47,127 bases of DNA, taken from Diploschistes diacapsis. Its lineage: Eukaryota. The stretch lies in the NCBI GenBank assembly GCA_023645945.1, contig JALAIB010000023.1, positions 1 through 47,127 of the forward strand. The letters run 5' to 3'. The notes below the pieces were generated by a model. It was not told where the DNA came from and searched no databases. It saw nothing but the letters and a program-made list of their open reading frames with translations. The translations under genes and the position numbers were made by a program. Below, piece after piece: positions 24,843-38,939 of the stretch. Every line of letters starts with the position of its first letter. The stretch's first letter is position 1.

Positions 24843-25833
24843 GGGGGACTTGTAGAGTCAATATGAGGATGTCTTGCGAGCGTGAAGATTTGGCACACCG
24901 AAATTTTGAAGCACCGGTCATCCCAGCGTGGTTTACTTGGAGAGATAGGATGCAGGTGATCCTTCAAGATCTGCCTCAGATCTTGGTTCGTCTGGCAGAA
25001 AAGGAAAGGTGTTTGTCTTGTTGGCTAGCGCGATCTGGTATGTGCAGCTGCAATTTAGCCCGTGGCCTTTGTCCTATCCTGATGTTGCACTGAGCGAAAT
25101 ATGGGCCATATGGTTTTGTGTTTTCAGTTCGCAGCGTTGGCCCCACAGATAGGAAATCTTTCAGAACACACATAAACGAGTAGGTTTGCTGCCACTGAAT
25201 CCCGCATCTCCGAGGGTTACAGATGTGGCGCTTGTGGTTGTGCCTCGATGGTCGTCCAAGATCTAAGAGCAGCAGCCTTGTTTGGGATAGTTCGGAGAGC
25301 AAGTGAACTCTGTTCAGAAGATTTCTTAAGAACAGAACCTTGATAGAAATTGTCGTAAGCCCACGTCATCCGACGGCGTGACCAAAAACATCGCCGAAGT
25401 TGTTAGAACAGCTTATGAAGGGCAGAAGCAGCTCCTTATTAGACCCCGCTAAGATTACACGGTTCTCCTTTGCCGTGCGTTTCTCTGTAAAGAGTCGTTC
25501 CTCACTAAAGCAAAACCATCGAAGGGCATTTATGCCGGTGACAAATGGAGCACGCTGGGTCTCTCCATGCCGACCCGATCATTGTTCGCTGCAGCGAGCG
25601 TCGACACTTAACCAGAAAATTCTGTACGAGCTTCGAAACTTGAAGGTTTTGCATAAGACTTTGCTGTGGTGAGTTGATACATACAAGCGGGCCAATCAAG
25701 GCACGGAGTATACCCTCTCTCCAACCCATATATGGAGCACAAATGTAATATTCATTTATATGTAGCAACGAGACAAGCACTTTACGTTCATCTGTCGTTA
25801 TACCGCATCAAGAAGACTTATTTATACTTACAT

Positions 25834-27015
25834 TCACAGCTTGCTTACCTTGTCTTGCGGCACCTTTACCACAACCTTGCCCCATGTCTTTCTATTACCA
25901 AGCATCTGCAAAGCTTCACCAATCGTCTCCAAGCCAATGAATTCTTTGTCTGTAAAGACCGTGCCTTTGAACTTGCCAGCCGCCATCAAGTTGAAGAGCG
26001 CCTTCCACACCTCATCCACCATCTCGGGCTCTTCTCTGGCGTACATGCCCCAATGCAAACCTATCAGGCTAACATTCTTCAGCAAGATCCTGTTCATGGC
26101 AATCTTTTCAATCTTCCCTGCGGTAAACCCGATGATTACGAGCCTACCATTCCAGGCTATACAACGCAGAGAATTATCAATCATGCCGACGGGATCGAAA
26201 ACAACGTCAACGCCCTTTTGCTTCGGTGTTAGTGCCTTGACTTGTTCATACCATTTCGGGTCATTGTAGTCAATGCAATGGTCTGCGCCATAAGCTTTGG
26301 CTACTTCGAGCTTCCGCTTCGAGCCAGCAGTTGCTATGACTGTCGCTCCCAGAGCTTTCGCGACCTGAACTGCGGAGAGCCCGACTCCGCCAGCGGCCGC
26401 ATGCACAAGTACGGTCTCGTTCGGCCGAGTGTTTGCTCGAGTAACAAGCGCAGCATATGCTGTGGGTGCTGTGACCATCAACCCCGCCGCGCTAGCGAAA
26501 TCCCAATTAGATGGCATAGGCCTTAGGCTAGCCTCTGGGGCTAAGATGTGAGTAGAGTAACCGCCCTGGAATGACCCGAACACCCGATCACCGACATGAA
26601 ACTTATGGCTCCCTGCGCATTCAGTCATGATTTGAAGATTTCTAAGCTGTGGAGGAGCACACCTGTCGGAGGTGGGGTTGTCGGCTCTGCTAGGATGACA
26701 CCAGCAAATTCAGCCCCCGAGATGAACGGCATGGGGGGCTGATGCTGATATTTCCCCCGGATCTGGAGTAGATCAAAGAAGTTTGTGGCCGTGGCATGAA
26801 TGGCGATAAGGTATGTTGATGCACTTGGTGCCGGAGTTGGGAGAGAAACAACTTTCATGTGGGAGGGATCCTGAAGAAACAAGTCAGCAAACCACACAAG
26901 ATATTTTTCAGACAGTGACAAGGGAGAATTCCATAGGGAATATGTGTAGAAGTTGTAATGCTTCTTGGTCGGTTACGCTTACAGGAAGATACTCCTTGAT
27001 TTGGATTGCTCGCAT
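25834..27015 (-). CDS. Zeta-crystallin/NADPH:quinone oxidoreductase (MDR family), 339 aa; complement(join(25834..26612,26663..26870,26983..27015))
   Basis: Motifs: MRAIQIKEY, NFFDLLQIRGKYQ..P..PF..GAEFAG, GDRVFG, VLVHAAAGGVG, GVDVVFDPVG, GRLVIIGF, GKVVV. Two GT-AG introns restore the frame. Confidence 0.92.
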
Positions 27016-27390
27016 CTTTGCAAATTTAGGGAAGACTCCGAGGTACGCAAAATGCCACTGAAAGATAATACAGCCGTAGCGCCAGTGACAGTGAGCGCTC
27101 AAGCAATTCAGCACCAGGAAAAAAAGTAATTACAATATTGGAAGTATGTATGCTGAGTATGTACGTATTGCTGTAGGACTCGTGGAGAGCATGGGGAGCC
27201 AGAAGACTCCCATTGGCAACAAACGGCTCCGAAAAGCCGAGGTTAAGCCGAGGTTAGAATCTGATCTTATCGGAGGCCCGGAGGATCTGCGGAATGACCG
27301 GAGTGACGCCTCTCCCGCATGCATGCCCGGTGATTACATCTTACATTTACATGGTAGTTACTGCAACTGCTGCCGTTTAATGCTCAGGTC

Positions 27391-29340
27391 ATGATGGATC
27401 AACTGCCACCTGAGTTGATTCTTCATATCCTGAGTTGTATGCCGTTTCCAGCATGTATCAATTAGCATGCAGCTAACGCTTCTCTAGTCTTGGAGCCCCG
27501 AGACGTCGCTCGAGCGCAACGGATCTCAAAGAAGCTGCATAAGATCGCAAGACAAGATGACGAGCTATGGAAGAACATATGCTTTGACAATTCCATTTTC
27601 CAGTCTCTGAGGAAGCGATCGAGTATACTGTTCCGGCCTTCGCTTCCGTTTCAAGCTCATCCGACTCTGCAAGATTTTCGATGGCGAGCAAACGCAGCTT
27701 TGAATGCGCAAGCAGCTTGGGTCAGCGACCAGAGCGGAACAGGGCCTCAATCGATTATTCAGAGCGGGGTTGAACATTCTAGAGAGCTGGCTCAGTCCGC
27801 TGAACGGAATAGAGCGTTGGCGAATTGGGACCCGTCTTATCTCAATGAGCGAGTTGATTGGTATGGGGAATTCGTCGCACGCCATGCGCCAATCTCGATG
27901 AGCTGGCTCCAACCAGCAAATAAAAACCAAAACCTCGATGACGAGGTACTTGAGGCCAAGGGTCTAGGTCTATACAGAAAAGACCATGTGATTGCGCCTC
28001 TCGGAGACGGGTCGGTATGCGTTTGGGATATTGGGAATGGCTCTTTGAATACCAAGGTAGGAAGTCTCCGAGCTCGAAGCCAGCCAGGTACATTAAACTC
28101 CAAAGAGCCTATGCTAAAGGGCGCAACTTCAGCAATAAATGGTGTAGTCAGTGTCGATAATGATCGCGACAAGGCTTATATGGCCGTTCAAAATTATCTT
28201 CAAGAGATAGACCTGCACACCTTGGCTTTATCAAGCCAACAGCGGTTTCCGTGGGCTATAGCAACTTTGTCGGATATTTGCCCAAATGTACCTTTGACAG
28301 TGGGAACGAAATCCAGCCTTCATCTATTTGACCCGCGCCAGAGGGTCCACGGAGATGGTTTTGGTTCTACATTTGAAGGTGTAAATAATACACCAAGCTT
28401 AAGGAGCGCATCCTATGGTACTAGCTACGGTAATGAAGGAAACAATCATGCGTCCCTTCTTCAACCCGGCCCCACTTCAATTCTACATCTCTATCCACAT
28501 GGCTCGGCTCCGGACGGAACTAGAGGAGAGATCATCGTCGCGGGCCGCTTCCCCAGTCTTTTAATCTACGACCGGCGGACTTTTCCTCGGCCGTGCAACA
28601 CTTTCCACTCCGGCGCCAAACTCTGTGGTTTGGCGTCTCTGCCCTATTCTTTTCGTTCCCTTGAGGCTGATCTTATGCGCCAAAACCAGCTTTCAGTCCG
28701 TGCTGCACAGGACGCCAAATCCCAAGCTGGTGACACTCTTTTTGCATGTGGCGAGTATCAAGGCAAGGGATCGCTCGAGATTTATGGCTTATCAAACGAT
28801 CGAGGATATTCCTCAGCTCGCAGGACTCCTACAGGAACGGCGCAAATCTCTACGTACAAGAATCGTGTCTCCGCTTCGCCATCAAAGCTTCTATCCATTG
28901 CGGTGCATGGAACGCGCATAGTCGTCTCGGACGGTGACGGCCAGGTTCGTTGGCTGGAGCGGGACGGACAAACGCTTGTGCGGAAGTGGAATATCAATAA
29001 GTTTGGTTCTGTTGGGGAGAACCTAATGGCCAACTATGGGTCTCCGAACGGCGACGTAGCTCTGAAGCTCTTACCGGTGCACAAGAGCATCGCTGAGGCG
29101 AGCAATATCCAAGAAGACAGCATCCTTGTCTGGACTGGAGAGAAGATAGGCCTGATAGGCTTTTCAAAGCACCCGCGCTTCGGCGGCGACGACGGACAAG
29201 CGTGGAAAGAGCGTATCGAGAGCGTGGAGGAGGCGATGAAGAGGCGCGAGGAGAAGGTCTATGGGGAAACCATGCGTAGAGCATTGGAAAGGCAGGCAGA
29301 CGAGGTTCGATGGGTATCCGGTCTTGGCCTCGGAGGATGA
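27391..29340 (+). CDS. F-box protein, about 632 aa; join(27391..27436,27488..29340)
   Basis: Spliced F-box MDQLPPELILHILSFLEPRDVARAQRISKKL..DDELWKNICF across intron GTATGC..GCTAAC..TAG. The downstream region is beta-strand-rich and propeller-like (GDGSVCVWD). Confidence 0.88.
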
Positions 29341-29967
29341 ATAGCTCTGCAGATGAATTTCAAACCGCTGTTTTTATACTTCCCGATAAAGAAGCCTAGC
29401 GTCTATATTTCCGCAGGCTATTTACATATGACCTTTATTGTTGTTATCCAAGGCACCCAGCATTTGATGTACTACCGGAGCCAGCAGCTTCATCTTTCAA
29501 ACCACAGCGACAAGATTAGAGTCGTGCGATAGGACTAATAGGAGCACATCGGGAAATGTCAACACGGTTCGTTGCGACTCTAAGTAGTGTCGTTCCCAGC
29601 CAGCCACAGTTCCTTTCTCGGCTGTTCCTGCATACTAGGTCAACGCCGAGTTCCCTATATTGACACCACGCCAAAAGCAAAGTAGGTCTCTAGAGTTCTT
29701 TTTTCTTCCCTTCATCGCAAGAACTGTCCACCTTATGATGTCGCTTCAGCTTGTATGCAGTTTTGGGGCGCTGTTAGGGGGCGGTCTGTCGCGCGATGCG
29801 ATATAATAGAACGAGCCATGCACGGTCAGCCCGATTTATTTTTACATTTATAGGGAGCTGATGTTGCTATCATTCCAAAATCAATCCTCAGAAGTTTTGG
29901 TAGTCCCTACTTGCTATTGAATCTCGAGATCTACTTCTTTTTTACACAATTTTCTCCAAGCGTTAAG

Positions 29968-30799
29968 ATGGTATAGCTGTTAAGTCTCCTTGCTATGGGG
30001 CACTGTTGCTCTGTCGGTTCCATTATTTATTCCGCGACACGAGCTTCCATCAAGCATTGTTAGCGATCTACAAGGCTTTGAATTTATCGCCAATAACTTC
30101 TCAAGCTTTCTGCCTCAAGTCAATGAATATGATTACCTATGGCGAGGCAAGTCCCTCCGAATAGAGCCGAAGGGGTGCCGTGGCTAACATACACTCTTTG
30201 CGGGTTGCAGACCGCAGTTGGTTCTTCCCTGTTTCTCGCTCAGAACATCAGTGCTGCTCTGCATAAACTAGACGGAGATAACTCGGCCGTCGGGACGCGC
30301 AATGCCATACAGATTGTTGAGTCCTACTCAAATGTAAGCTCAATCCGATCTCAGCTATCAGACAAGCGCTAATCGCTGCTCTAAAAGTTTACCGCTGCCG
30401 TTCCGGAATTCATGCAAAACTTGGACAACCTGTTTTCGCTGTTCGACCTGTTCAATACCTTCAACAACGTGGGCAGCAATGTGGCCACGCTGCTAACTGA
30501 CTTTGACGTGAGTGCTCTCTCGGAATGGGTTCTGTGTGCAGGAATTGTGTCTTGGGCCCTAGGGATTTGTTCTCCTTGGGATCATTCTTCGACAGCCTCA
30601 AACATAGGAAGCTGATTCAGAACAGTCATATTCCAACAAGCTGGCTCAAGGTCTTCCACCGAAATACCAAAGCCAGTTTGCCGCCGCTCGGCAGATTGCG
30701 GAGAGCGCTATCCAAGGAGCCAATTGCACCTACTCTCAGACCGATCTGGATAGTATCTTCGAGGGTACAGATGGGTGCAACGTGACGATCACATATTGA
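29968..30799 (+). pseudogene. Four-exon secreted helical protein gene with a disrupted 5' end
   Basis: ATG GTA TAG, then a frame change into a signal-like LLWGTVALSVP. Introns: 30147..30210/30217 (GCAAGT donor, GCTAAC branch), 30334..30387 and 30508..30625. Last exon SYSNKLAQGLPP...GCNVTITY* ends at 30799. Confidence 0.55.
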
Positions 30800-31647
30800 T
30801 CCCCTAGGGGGAGAATCGGTGCAGGGAATAAATTAAGTTCATTGATAGATCCATCTTGGCTCTATAAGGTCATCATTTTAATAAATAGTCGTTGATTTAT
30901 GGCCCTTCTGAGGCTACAACAAGTATCTGCCACGAGCTCTTTAGATTTAACAAGCTTCCATCCAGCCTTAACTGATTGGCATATCTTGCTGGAAGTACAT
31001 GTACTAGAGAAACGCTAGACCACCCAGTCGAAGCTCTAGAAGAAAACACCCCCAAGGAGTCATGGGAAACAACGCCAACATTTAAGGGATGCCGTCGAAG
31101 AAGTCCTCGTGTTGACTGTTGACTGTTGACGAGGCGGAAAACATGTGGCTGTGTAGACGCGGAATGGCAGGGGAACTTTTGACAGCCCTTTTGTGCGCAA
31201 AAGTGATTGGCTGGCACAGCACCAACTTTGCTCCCATAGTGCGGCTACTTGCGCCGGGGCTATGTTCAACTCTGAGCTGTTGCAGCCTGTGCAAAGCTTC
31301 TCTGAGACAAGAGCCAGTTATCATGAGCTTCCTCTGCCTCTCCGGGCTATACAGGAAAGCCCGTATCAGTGGTGATGAGTTTGGTGCAGCAGCAACGTGG
31401 AAACGCTCACACTTCTAGGTAGTGCACTTTCCTTTTCCTCCGAGACCGCCTGGTTCGATTCTACCATTCCTTTTATTCTCATGTTTCTGCCCTCTGCTTC
31501 GGCAGTTGCTCGTACTTCTTACGCTCGCTACTCGCGCTCAGCTTGCCCCAGGACTGCTGTTCCTTGTGCAGCTCTACTATCAAGATAACAGCAGGCCTTC
31601 TCTTCCTAGGATATCGTTCTTCGTAGTGTCACGCAGAGCAATTCACC

Positions 31648-33534
31648 ATGTCTGACGTTGGAATCAGAAAGAAGCGCCTGGAGACTGACGCTTGGGAGCG
31701 CCACAGACAAGTGATTGAGCGGCTTTATCTCGATGAAGGCCAAGCTTTGGATCAGGTCATGGCTCACATGAAAGAGAAGCACAACTTCGAGGCGACGGAA
31801 CAGGCATACAAGAAGAAGCTACGGCGATGGAAAATATCCAAAAACATACCTGCTCCAGCAATGGAATACATGCTGGCACAAGCCGAGGACAGGATGGGGC
31901 AGGGGAAAGATACACAGTTCTATTGGCATGACCGACCAGTCGATCAGGAAAAGATTGAGCGCAGCCGACAGCGAGTGAATCGCGAGAGGAGGGAGAATCC
32001 AGAGAAGCGAGTGGTGACCCCACCTCCAGGTATGTGTGGGCTTGCTGCCTGGTACCATAGCTACTGATGTTGATGCATAGCTGTGCTTCGACTCATCCGA
32101 ATCGAAACTCCGCCTCTCAATACCCAGGTAGAGATCCCTCAGCGGGCTCTACCGCTCCGATTGGATATTCCTCAAGCGAACAGCTTCATACATTCCGACA
32201 GTATACCGTCGTTTACCTTCACCTCCTTTGATCCCATGCTGGTCGAACCGCCCCCGGCTTCGGCCAATTCCTCTATATCGTTCTTTCCTGACGCTCAAGC
32301 TCCGCTGCAACTGGCTAACAGTCCAACATTGTCACCGGCACATTCAGACCCAGATTTGGATGCAATGTTCGATCCAGACTTTGATTTCGAACAGTTGCGC
32401 GCGAAATTGCAAATGATGGGCTCTTCTCCCGACGTTCAACGCGCCTTGTTACGAGCGAACAAGCTGCTTAAAGCCGGCAGTGCTTTGCTTCCAAAGACCA
32501 ATCTCGAAAGCATGGATGTTTCTCGGCTTCAGAATCAAGAGGCTGTTGCCCAATATCGGAACGTGCTGGAGCGGATGAACCCTGGCGCGGACTCGATCGC
32601 AATTGCGGACTCACTAAGGCATATCTCGCAGATACAGGCCAACTCGTCTCTTCCTGATCTCGAGCCTGACGCTTCGCTTGGCGATCGAGAAAGGCTTCTG
32701 GCAGGATACCACTTCCTCTTCGGTAAGAATAGCCCGGTATACCTGAGACAGGTGATAGATTTCTGCGACAAAAGCCGATCTGCTGATCCAGCCACTTTGG
32801 CGAGCCACGTCGCAATGTTCAAACAGACGGTGTACAAGATGCTCGATGGGCAGTACCAACTCGACAAGACCGAGAGTATACTGCATACAGCAAATACGTA
32901 CTGCGTGAAAGGTATGCTCTCCATCAACGAGCTCGATGTGATATTCACGAGAGTCATCGGTCATCAAGCTCCGCAGGCCTGGTGGAAGAATTGCGAGAAC
33001 ATTCGCTTTGTCGCAAGGGTCTTCCTAGGACGGCAGATGTACGCAAAAGCTGAACCTTATCTGATCACGATCATGCGAGTTGCATGCGAGCATATACACC
33101 AAGGCGATTTCTTCGAGCAGGACCAATATGCCTGCTTCATGTTCGAGACCTTGTCCAACCATATCTGGGCGGGTAATCCCGAGTACGAATCTCTTCTGAC
33201 TCTGCTGGAGGAAGGGCTGCGCAACCGCCAACACCCCTCACAGTTTGACTGTCTTGAGCTTACCTGCTGGATCTTGCTCGCCCACACATATGCCAACCTA
33301 CTTCGTCCGCCGGAGATGATAATGTTCATGCTTGACGATGCCGCCCTGGGCACCAGACAAGACCGACCAAAGCAAGTTTCGTGGCATTTTATTGATGGCA
33401 TCAACAGCGCGCTGCAGTTTCTGGCGAAGCGGCTACGTGATTACGGTTACGAAGATTTCTCCGTGTACGTCTTTGGCCTGGCGCAGTCGATTGCCGTGCG
33501 GTGGGCCATGCCTAAACTCTACCCTGCCGCGTGA
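31648..33534 (+). CDS. Clr5-domain protein, 611 aa; join(31648..32029,32081..33534)
   Basis: N-terminal Clr5 motif WERHRQVIERLYLDEGQALDQVMAHMKEKHNFEATEQAYKKKLRRWKISKN. A 51-nt GTATGT..TAG intron joins the two ORFs in frame. Confidence 0.88.
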
Positions 33535-33579
33535 GAGATAGAGAGATAGAGAGAGATAGAGAGGCACAGAGAGAGACAG
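33533..33579. repeat. Imperfect (GA)n / GAGAGATA microsatellite
   Basis: gagagatagagagatagagagagatagagaggcacagagagagacag, at and just after the Clr5 gene stop. Confidence 0.85.
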
Positions 33580-34986
33580 TCAATGCCACTGTGAAGATAT
33601 TTCTTTATGCAGAAAGTTTCAGTACGAAGTTGATCGTCGGAGTAACTAATTACGACATATTCCACTCAGAGATTCCCCGAACGCGCCAACACGCTCTTTC
33701 TAGTACTTTCGGTGTTGCTAGATGTGCATTTAGCACTCTAAACGCTCCAAGCGCCTCAAAGTTTAAATTGGGCACGATCGCCTTCTGTCTCAAGGCGTTT
33801 CTCTTGCGCCACCATGTGATTCCATGGACTATCCCTAGGTGTCTCGCGAAGGAACCTTGACATCGGAGAATCGGCTGAATAGGTCTGCTGGGGCGGACTC
33901 GGGTTGAGGCTCTTGTCTGCCCTGACTGAGTTGTTCTTCAGCTTTGGCATGATGTGAACGGGACCGAGCCGATTGCGATTGTGTGAGATTCTGGTATAAT
34001 ACATGTCAGCCCATGCATGGTCCCTGGCTTGGTACTATTTTCTCGTGCTCTCTACCTCATATAATTAGGTTTGCAACAACCAGGTCCTGACCGTAATAGC
34101 CGCTAACGCGTATTAGATGCGAGAAATAGTATAACGTCGCCGTTCTCTCGGAATCGAAACTGACAGCACTCGAGCAAGGACTTCTGAGAGAGTGATTGCA
34201 GCAAAAATGCTTACTGTTAGAAGTTGACCGTGTAAGGAACCGCCGAAGGAAGAAAGAGCGAGACACCATTCATGTGGTTTTTTATACATGTTGAACAAGT
34301 CCCCCTGACGTCCACTTCAGGGGCATATCAGATCGACTGGACGAAGGTGAGGAAGCGCGTCATGTAAGCGATCATTCTGAACAGAAGGCTGCTACGAAGA
34401 TGGAAATGCCTTGGAGCTTCATGAACAGACACACACCGCCCGTTTTTAATCCTACGAACCATGAGGGACAGTGTCGCGCTCGCACGGGTCCAGGACTCTT
34501 CCCTTGCAGTGGAGCCAAGGCATCCGATCGCCTTTCAAAGCTTACGAGTACCAGCTGATTTTTCCGTCGTGGTTGAATGATGCGCCTTGTCACCCTTGCA
34601 TACACTGTAGTGTTTGGATGGCGCATACGCGCGTTTCGAGGTTCCTGGGAGAAATTTTTCTAGTCAAATGGATGTTGATGCGAGTGTTTTTGACGTACCG
34701 ACTGGGGTTATTAAGAAAGCAACATAACCGTACTTTTGTACAGAAGACTCGAGGGTCGAGACACAGCCTGCTATATCCGTTTATTGGTAGACCGCGTGCC
34801 TTTAATGTATGTATCAAGCGCCATCCCAACTGGGAATTGCTTCTGGAAGGTGGGAAACAGCCCCTGGAAGCGGTGCAACGTTGGAACCATGGCACACGAA
34901 CGATGATTGCGTGGCCATCTTTGTCACTCCTTAGCATCCAAAGTGTTCGATGTGTAAGGCTAACAAGTTCAAAACCCCTGCAGTGT

Positions 34987-35008
34987 CGTTGGACGTTGGA
35001 CGTTGGAC
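34987..35008. repeat. (CGTTGGA)3 short tandem repeat
   Basis: cgttggacgttggacgttggac read directly. Confidence 0.85.
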
Positions 35009-36059
35009 CTTGCACCTTGTAAGTATCTCCCCTTCACTTTGGTAACCCTCTCTCGACTCGAACCTCGGTCAGAAGCAGTGTATCCAGACAAAAATTTGTG
35101 CGGTTCGCTCAATGTTCCTGAATCTGGCAACAGCTGGTGTCGCTCTGTACACGAATTTGATGTTACAGCATCAAGGTACGGACGTACCGTTCGCCTTGCT
35201 TTGCAGATGAGCCGCAATGACATGGATTCAGCATCCACGGGTCCGGTTATTCGCCGTCCGTAGCGGCACGATGCTCCAGTCTGTGCGCGATGATGACCAG
35301 CGTGCTTTTGGTTAATCAAGATCTCGTTTGAAGCTCCGAGGCGCTCGAATCCATGGGAGCTACGAGTAGTGGAAGCCCGAAATTGACCCGACCACGCTCA
35401 ACATCGAAGCATGCTGGTAAGCGGTTTTTGATTGGTATGTGGTTGCATAAAGGCAATAGCTGGAAATTTTATTCTTGGGGAGTAAGTGACGGACGTGCTC
35501 TCGTCAACGCCTCGACCTTGCACGTTGATGATTGACAAGGTGGACCAGATCCTTGATATGAGTGGTCTGTTGAGCTATGGTCTGTATCGACGTTGTCCAA
35601 GGGCGAGCGGAACGTCTGTAGTGCTTATCGACGTTATTCTTCGACAGTGTGTCTTCTCCTGCCTCACCGCCAAATACGCAAACCAGTGTTAGTGCAGGCG
35701 ACTTCAAAGTCACTTGCTGAATAACGAGATTTTCAGAGTGGCTTCGATATCGTACCTCCTTGAGTTTCTCCCTTGTGCTAATTGTGCACGAGACAGTTTC
35801 TTTTTTATTCGCTCGGATCATACTTTGGTCTCCACTAAAAGTAATAAATACCATTCTCCCTTGGATAATCCTTCGTGACAATTCTCGTGCTCTTCTCCAT
35901 GATTACCGTTTCTCATTTGTGGGTTTGAGCAGCGTGCTACTGGCAATTTCTTATCGCTGGAAACTGCCCCCTAGTCATCTAGAGAAGCAGCATGAGATTG
36001 AAGAGATAGATACACACACATCCAGATCTACCAGCCGAGACCTGATATACGGGACCACT

Positions 36060-36791
36060 ATGAGCAAACGACTGACGAGTATCACATGGGAACGGCACCA
36101 GTCACTCATTCCTCATCTCTACCTGGAACGTGTCATGTCATATATGGAGGCAGAGCAATGGTTTCAAGGCTACAAAAACGGCCTACGAAAAGAAGCTCAG
36201 TCGATGGGAGGTTGTGAAGCGGAGGAAGGCTCTTCAACGACCCAGAGGTCTTCAGACTTGGCCGACTCATATCAAGAGCATCTAGCGATATGGGGCGGAA
36301 GATGCACGACACCGGCGCAATCTGATTCGGGTTCGGAAGACAGCGTATCGATCCCCCGCCCACTGCTTTCGAACCACCTTGCTCTCCGGACCGCCCTTCT
36401 ACTATCCTTCAGCATCAGACTCTCCCCAAAGATCTGTGCCGGATAAATGTGAACATCAGGAATTTGACATGGATGATGATGAAGAACAAGAATCTCAGCG
36501 TCTACTGGCGTAGCTTTCTAGCATTCTTCAAAATGTTCATATAGGAGACTCTGCCCGAAACACCAGCACGGAGTGTTTGGAGATCTCTTTGCGCTTTACG
36601 AGCAATCAGAAATGCTACAGCTACTTGAACGAGTATTGTCAACCGATATCCTCTTCTTTGGTTACCAGTCGCCAATCTTTTGCGATCAAAAGCAAAGCGG
36701 TTCTGCGAAGTTGCTGCGAAGGCTGCCGGACATCCTCACGCGGAGAATATCTCGCTCTTTGGTCGGGCACTGCAATTTGATTTCAATCTAG
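36060..36791 (+). pseudogene. Decayed paralog of the upstream Clr5-domain gene
   Basis: MSKRLTSITWERHQSLIPHLYL--ERVMSYMEAEQWF aligns with KKRLETDAWERHRQVIERLYL..DQVMAHMKEKHNF. Downstream, LERVLSTDILFFGYQSPIF aligns with RERLLAGYHFLFGKNSPVY. Stops and deletions lie between them. Confidence 0.6.
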
Positions 36792-38939
36792 TTTATTTGC
36801 AACCAACCCTGAGCTGAAGCGGGCGTCATCAAGCTTTCAGAGCGCTCCGTATTTATTGAGTTCTTCCCTGAGCCACACAGAGAGAGCGATTCAATACTGA
36901 TTTAGACTTAGAGGGGCGCGAAGAATCTACGAGAAGATTTTTAAGGGACGCAGCACTCCGCTTTGGAGGAGCACTAACGATTTCAGCTTCTGATTTCTTC
37001 ACAGTGAGAACTTCGACACCTCTTCCCTTCCCTCGCTCGACTTCGCCGGTCTCTACCTTCCGGCCGCACCCATAGCTCTGTCATCTTGTTACACCCAACT
37101 GCCAACTCTGAGGCACATCCATACCATCAAGCTCAACATTGCAGGCGTGATGCAGAGACATGAACCCAAAGTCTTGAAGAAGGCTTAACCCATGAGTTTC
37201 CTAGACGGGAATGTGGATATGACTGTTGTATTTCCACGCGAAGCGGAGTACACCTTTGAAAGCCAGGGGCAACGCCTGCGCCATTGCAAGCGGAGCGGCA
37301 GGTTATGGGGGGACTTGAAGGTGTACATGTTCAGAAGGTCGACAGAGACTGTACATTATAGAAAAATGAAGCGAACGGGGGAGAGCAGGAGCTGCTCTAA
37401 GCTGCAAAAAGAGCAAGCCAGCCCTTGGAGCATCAAAGCAGATTCAGCGCGCGCTGTAGGAAACCTCGAGGATGATTCTGTACGTATCCGGTGCTGAGTC
37501 TCTTTTGGGGCGCTGTTGAATAGCATGACTTCTATCGACCCATATCTGCTTTGCTGCTGTACATATATGGTAGTTGTAGGGGCTGTATAGGAGCCTAGTT
37601 TGCTATGGGTATCTGTTAGATGGCAGGCGGGGAGTCCCTTCCCCTCTGCTACGCACTACATCCTACCTGCCTTCAAAGCTAGTCAAAGCGTAGGTAGCGT
37701 CTTGGCCCCTATAACCCTAATCTAAGATAAGTCCAGTGGAGTAGTGATATCACGCTAACCCTACGAAAGGGTGTTGGTGCTTATAAGCTCAAAAACGGGC
37801 CAATAGGTGCAGGAATATTACATGTTCTGGAAGGGATAAAAACATATCGAATATGTGTAACTTGAGTCTATCTTAGCCGTAAATACGCGAAAAAACAAGG
37901 TGGTAGCATTATTACACCTTATCATCATTTTAAAAAAACCCCTTCATCAGATGTGATTCTTTGAAGCTATCCGTAGCCCAAGCGGTTAATCACGTGACTC
38001 CTCTAGGGTTTCATGCTCAAAGTTGTATAATGGGTAAGGATTTTCAAAAATCATGGGTTATATTCCATGCTTGAGCTCGCTCGAGTGCGACGACACGATC
38101 AGTCTCTTTTACGAGCTATCTAGACAGCACATTCCTCTTGATCCGCAAAATCGCTTCTAGAGTTCTTCTTACAGGGTGGGTTCAAACTCTGGAAACGCTC
38201 ATTAGGGCTTTCAATTCTTCGTTGTTTTCTTGTTCCTTTTTCCCCAAGATCACGTGGTGGCGTCGGGCTGCAAATATCTTCCCGAAACAGGAGACATAGT
38301 CAATACAATATCGACATTAACTCTATACAAGGTGCCTCTCCCAAGTGGCCGTTTTTTGATGGAAAATTGGAATAGGACTACTTTCGAAGAAGAAGATGCG
38401 TGGAATCGTCATACATGTCGCGTCTTGAAGCTCGCACGGATCGTGAGTGGGATGAGCCGACAATATGAAGACGTTTTAACGGCCGAGCGTCCGGCAGGCC
38501 GCAGCAGCAGCCAGATATCCTCAAAGGCCCCTTTCAGAGCTAATCTGGCCTTTCCGTATTAATGGGCTGTTGTATAGGACATTATGTCTTGCGACCTGGC
38601 CAAGAGAACTACGATGATACCTCCCCAAGTGTCCGATGAGTAGTCCGCGCCAAGACCAAATGAGCCCAGTCATGGCTGGAATTGACAGTATTCACGAATG
38701 CTAATTGGTTCGCTCAATTCAGTGACTGGACAACTCGTTGGACACAGGGAGGCAGGAACCAAAGCCGCAATCCATTATTCGACATCAGCCCTCACCACGA
38801 TCGAGTTTTCCGGAAAGAGCCAAGGTGTATACATGGGCAGGGCACTCCCTGGCTTTCCTGCATCCACTCCATCTACTGTACCATCTTTCCTTTTCATGAC
38901 CACCGGGCATTCCTGAGCGCACCAAGAGCTGCCATAAAC

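Noticed and set aside
33756..34060. Possible small spliced minus-strand gene (ATGAG|GTAGAG..GCTGAC..CAG)
   Set aside because: Splice signals are plausible, but the ~80-aa product has no recognisable features.
36800..37497. Possible additional decayed gene (frame interrupted by TGA 36991 and TAA 37186)
   Set aside because: No recognisable family motif; not supportable without a homology search.
37700..38210. AT-rich stretch with scattered CCCTAA/TAGGG motifs as a telomere relic or MITE
   Set aside because: Only isolated single units are present, and I found no convincing TIR or TSD.
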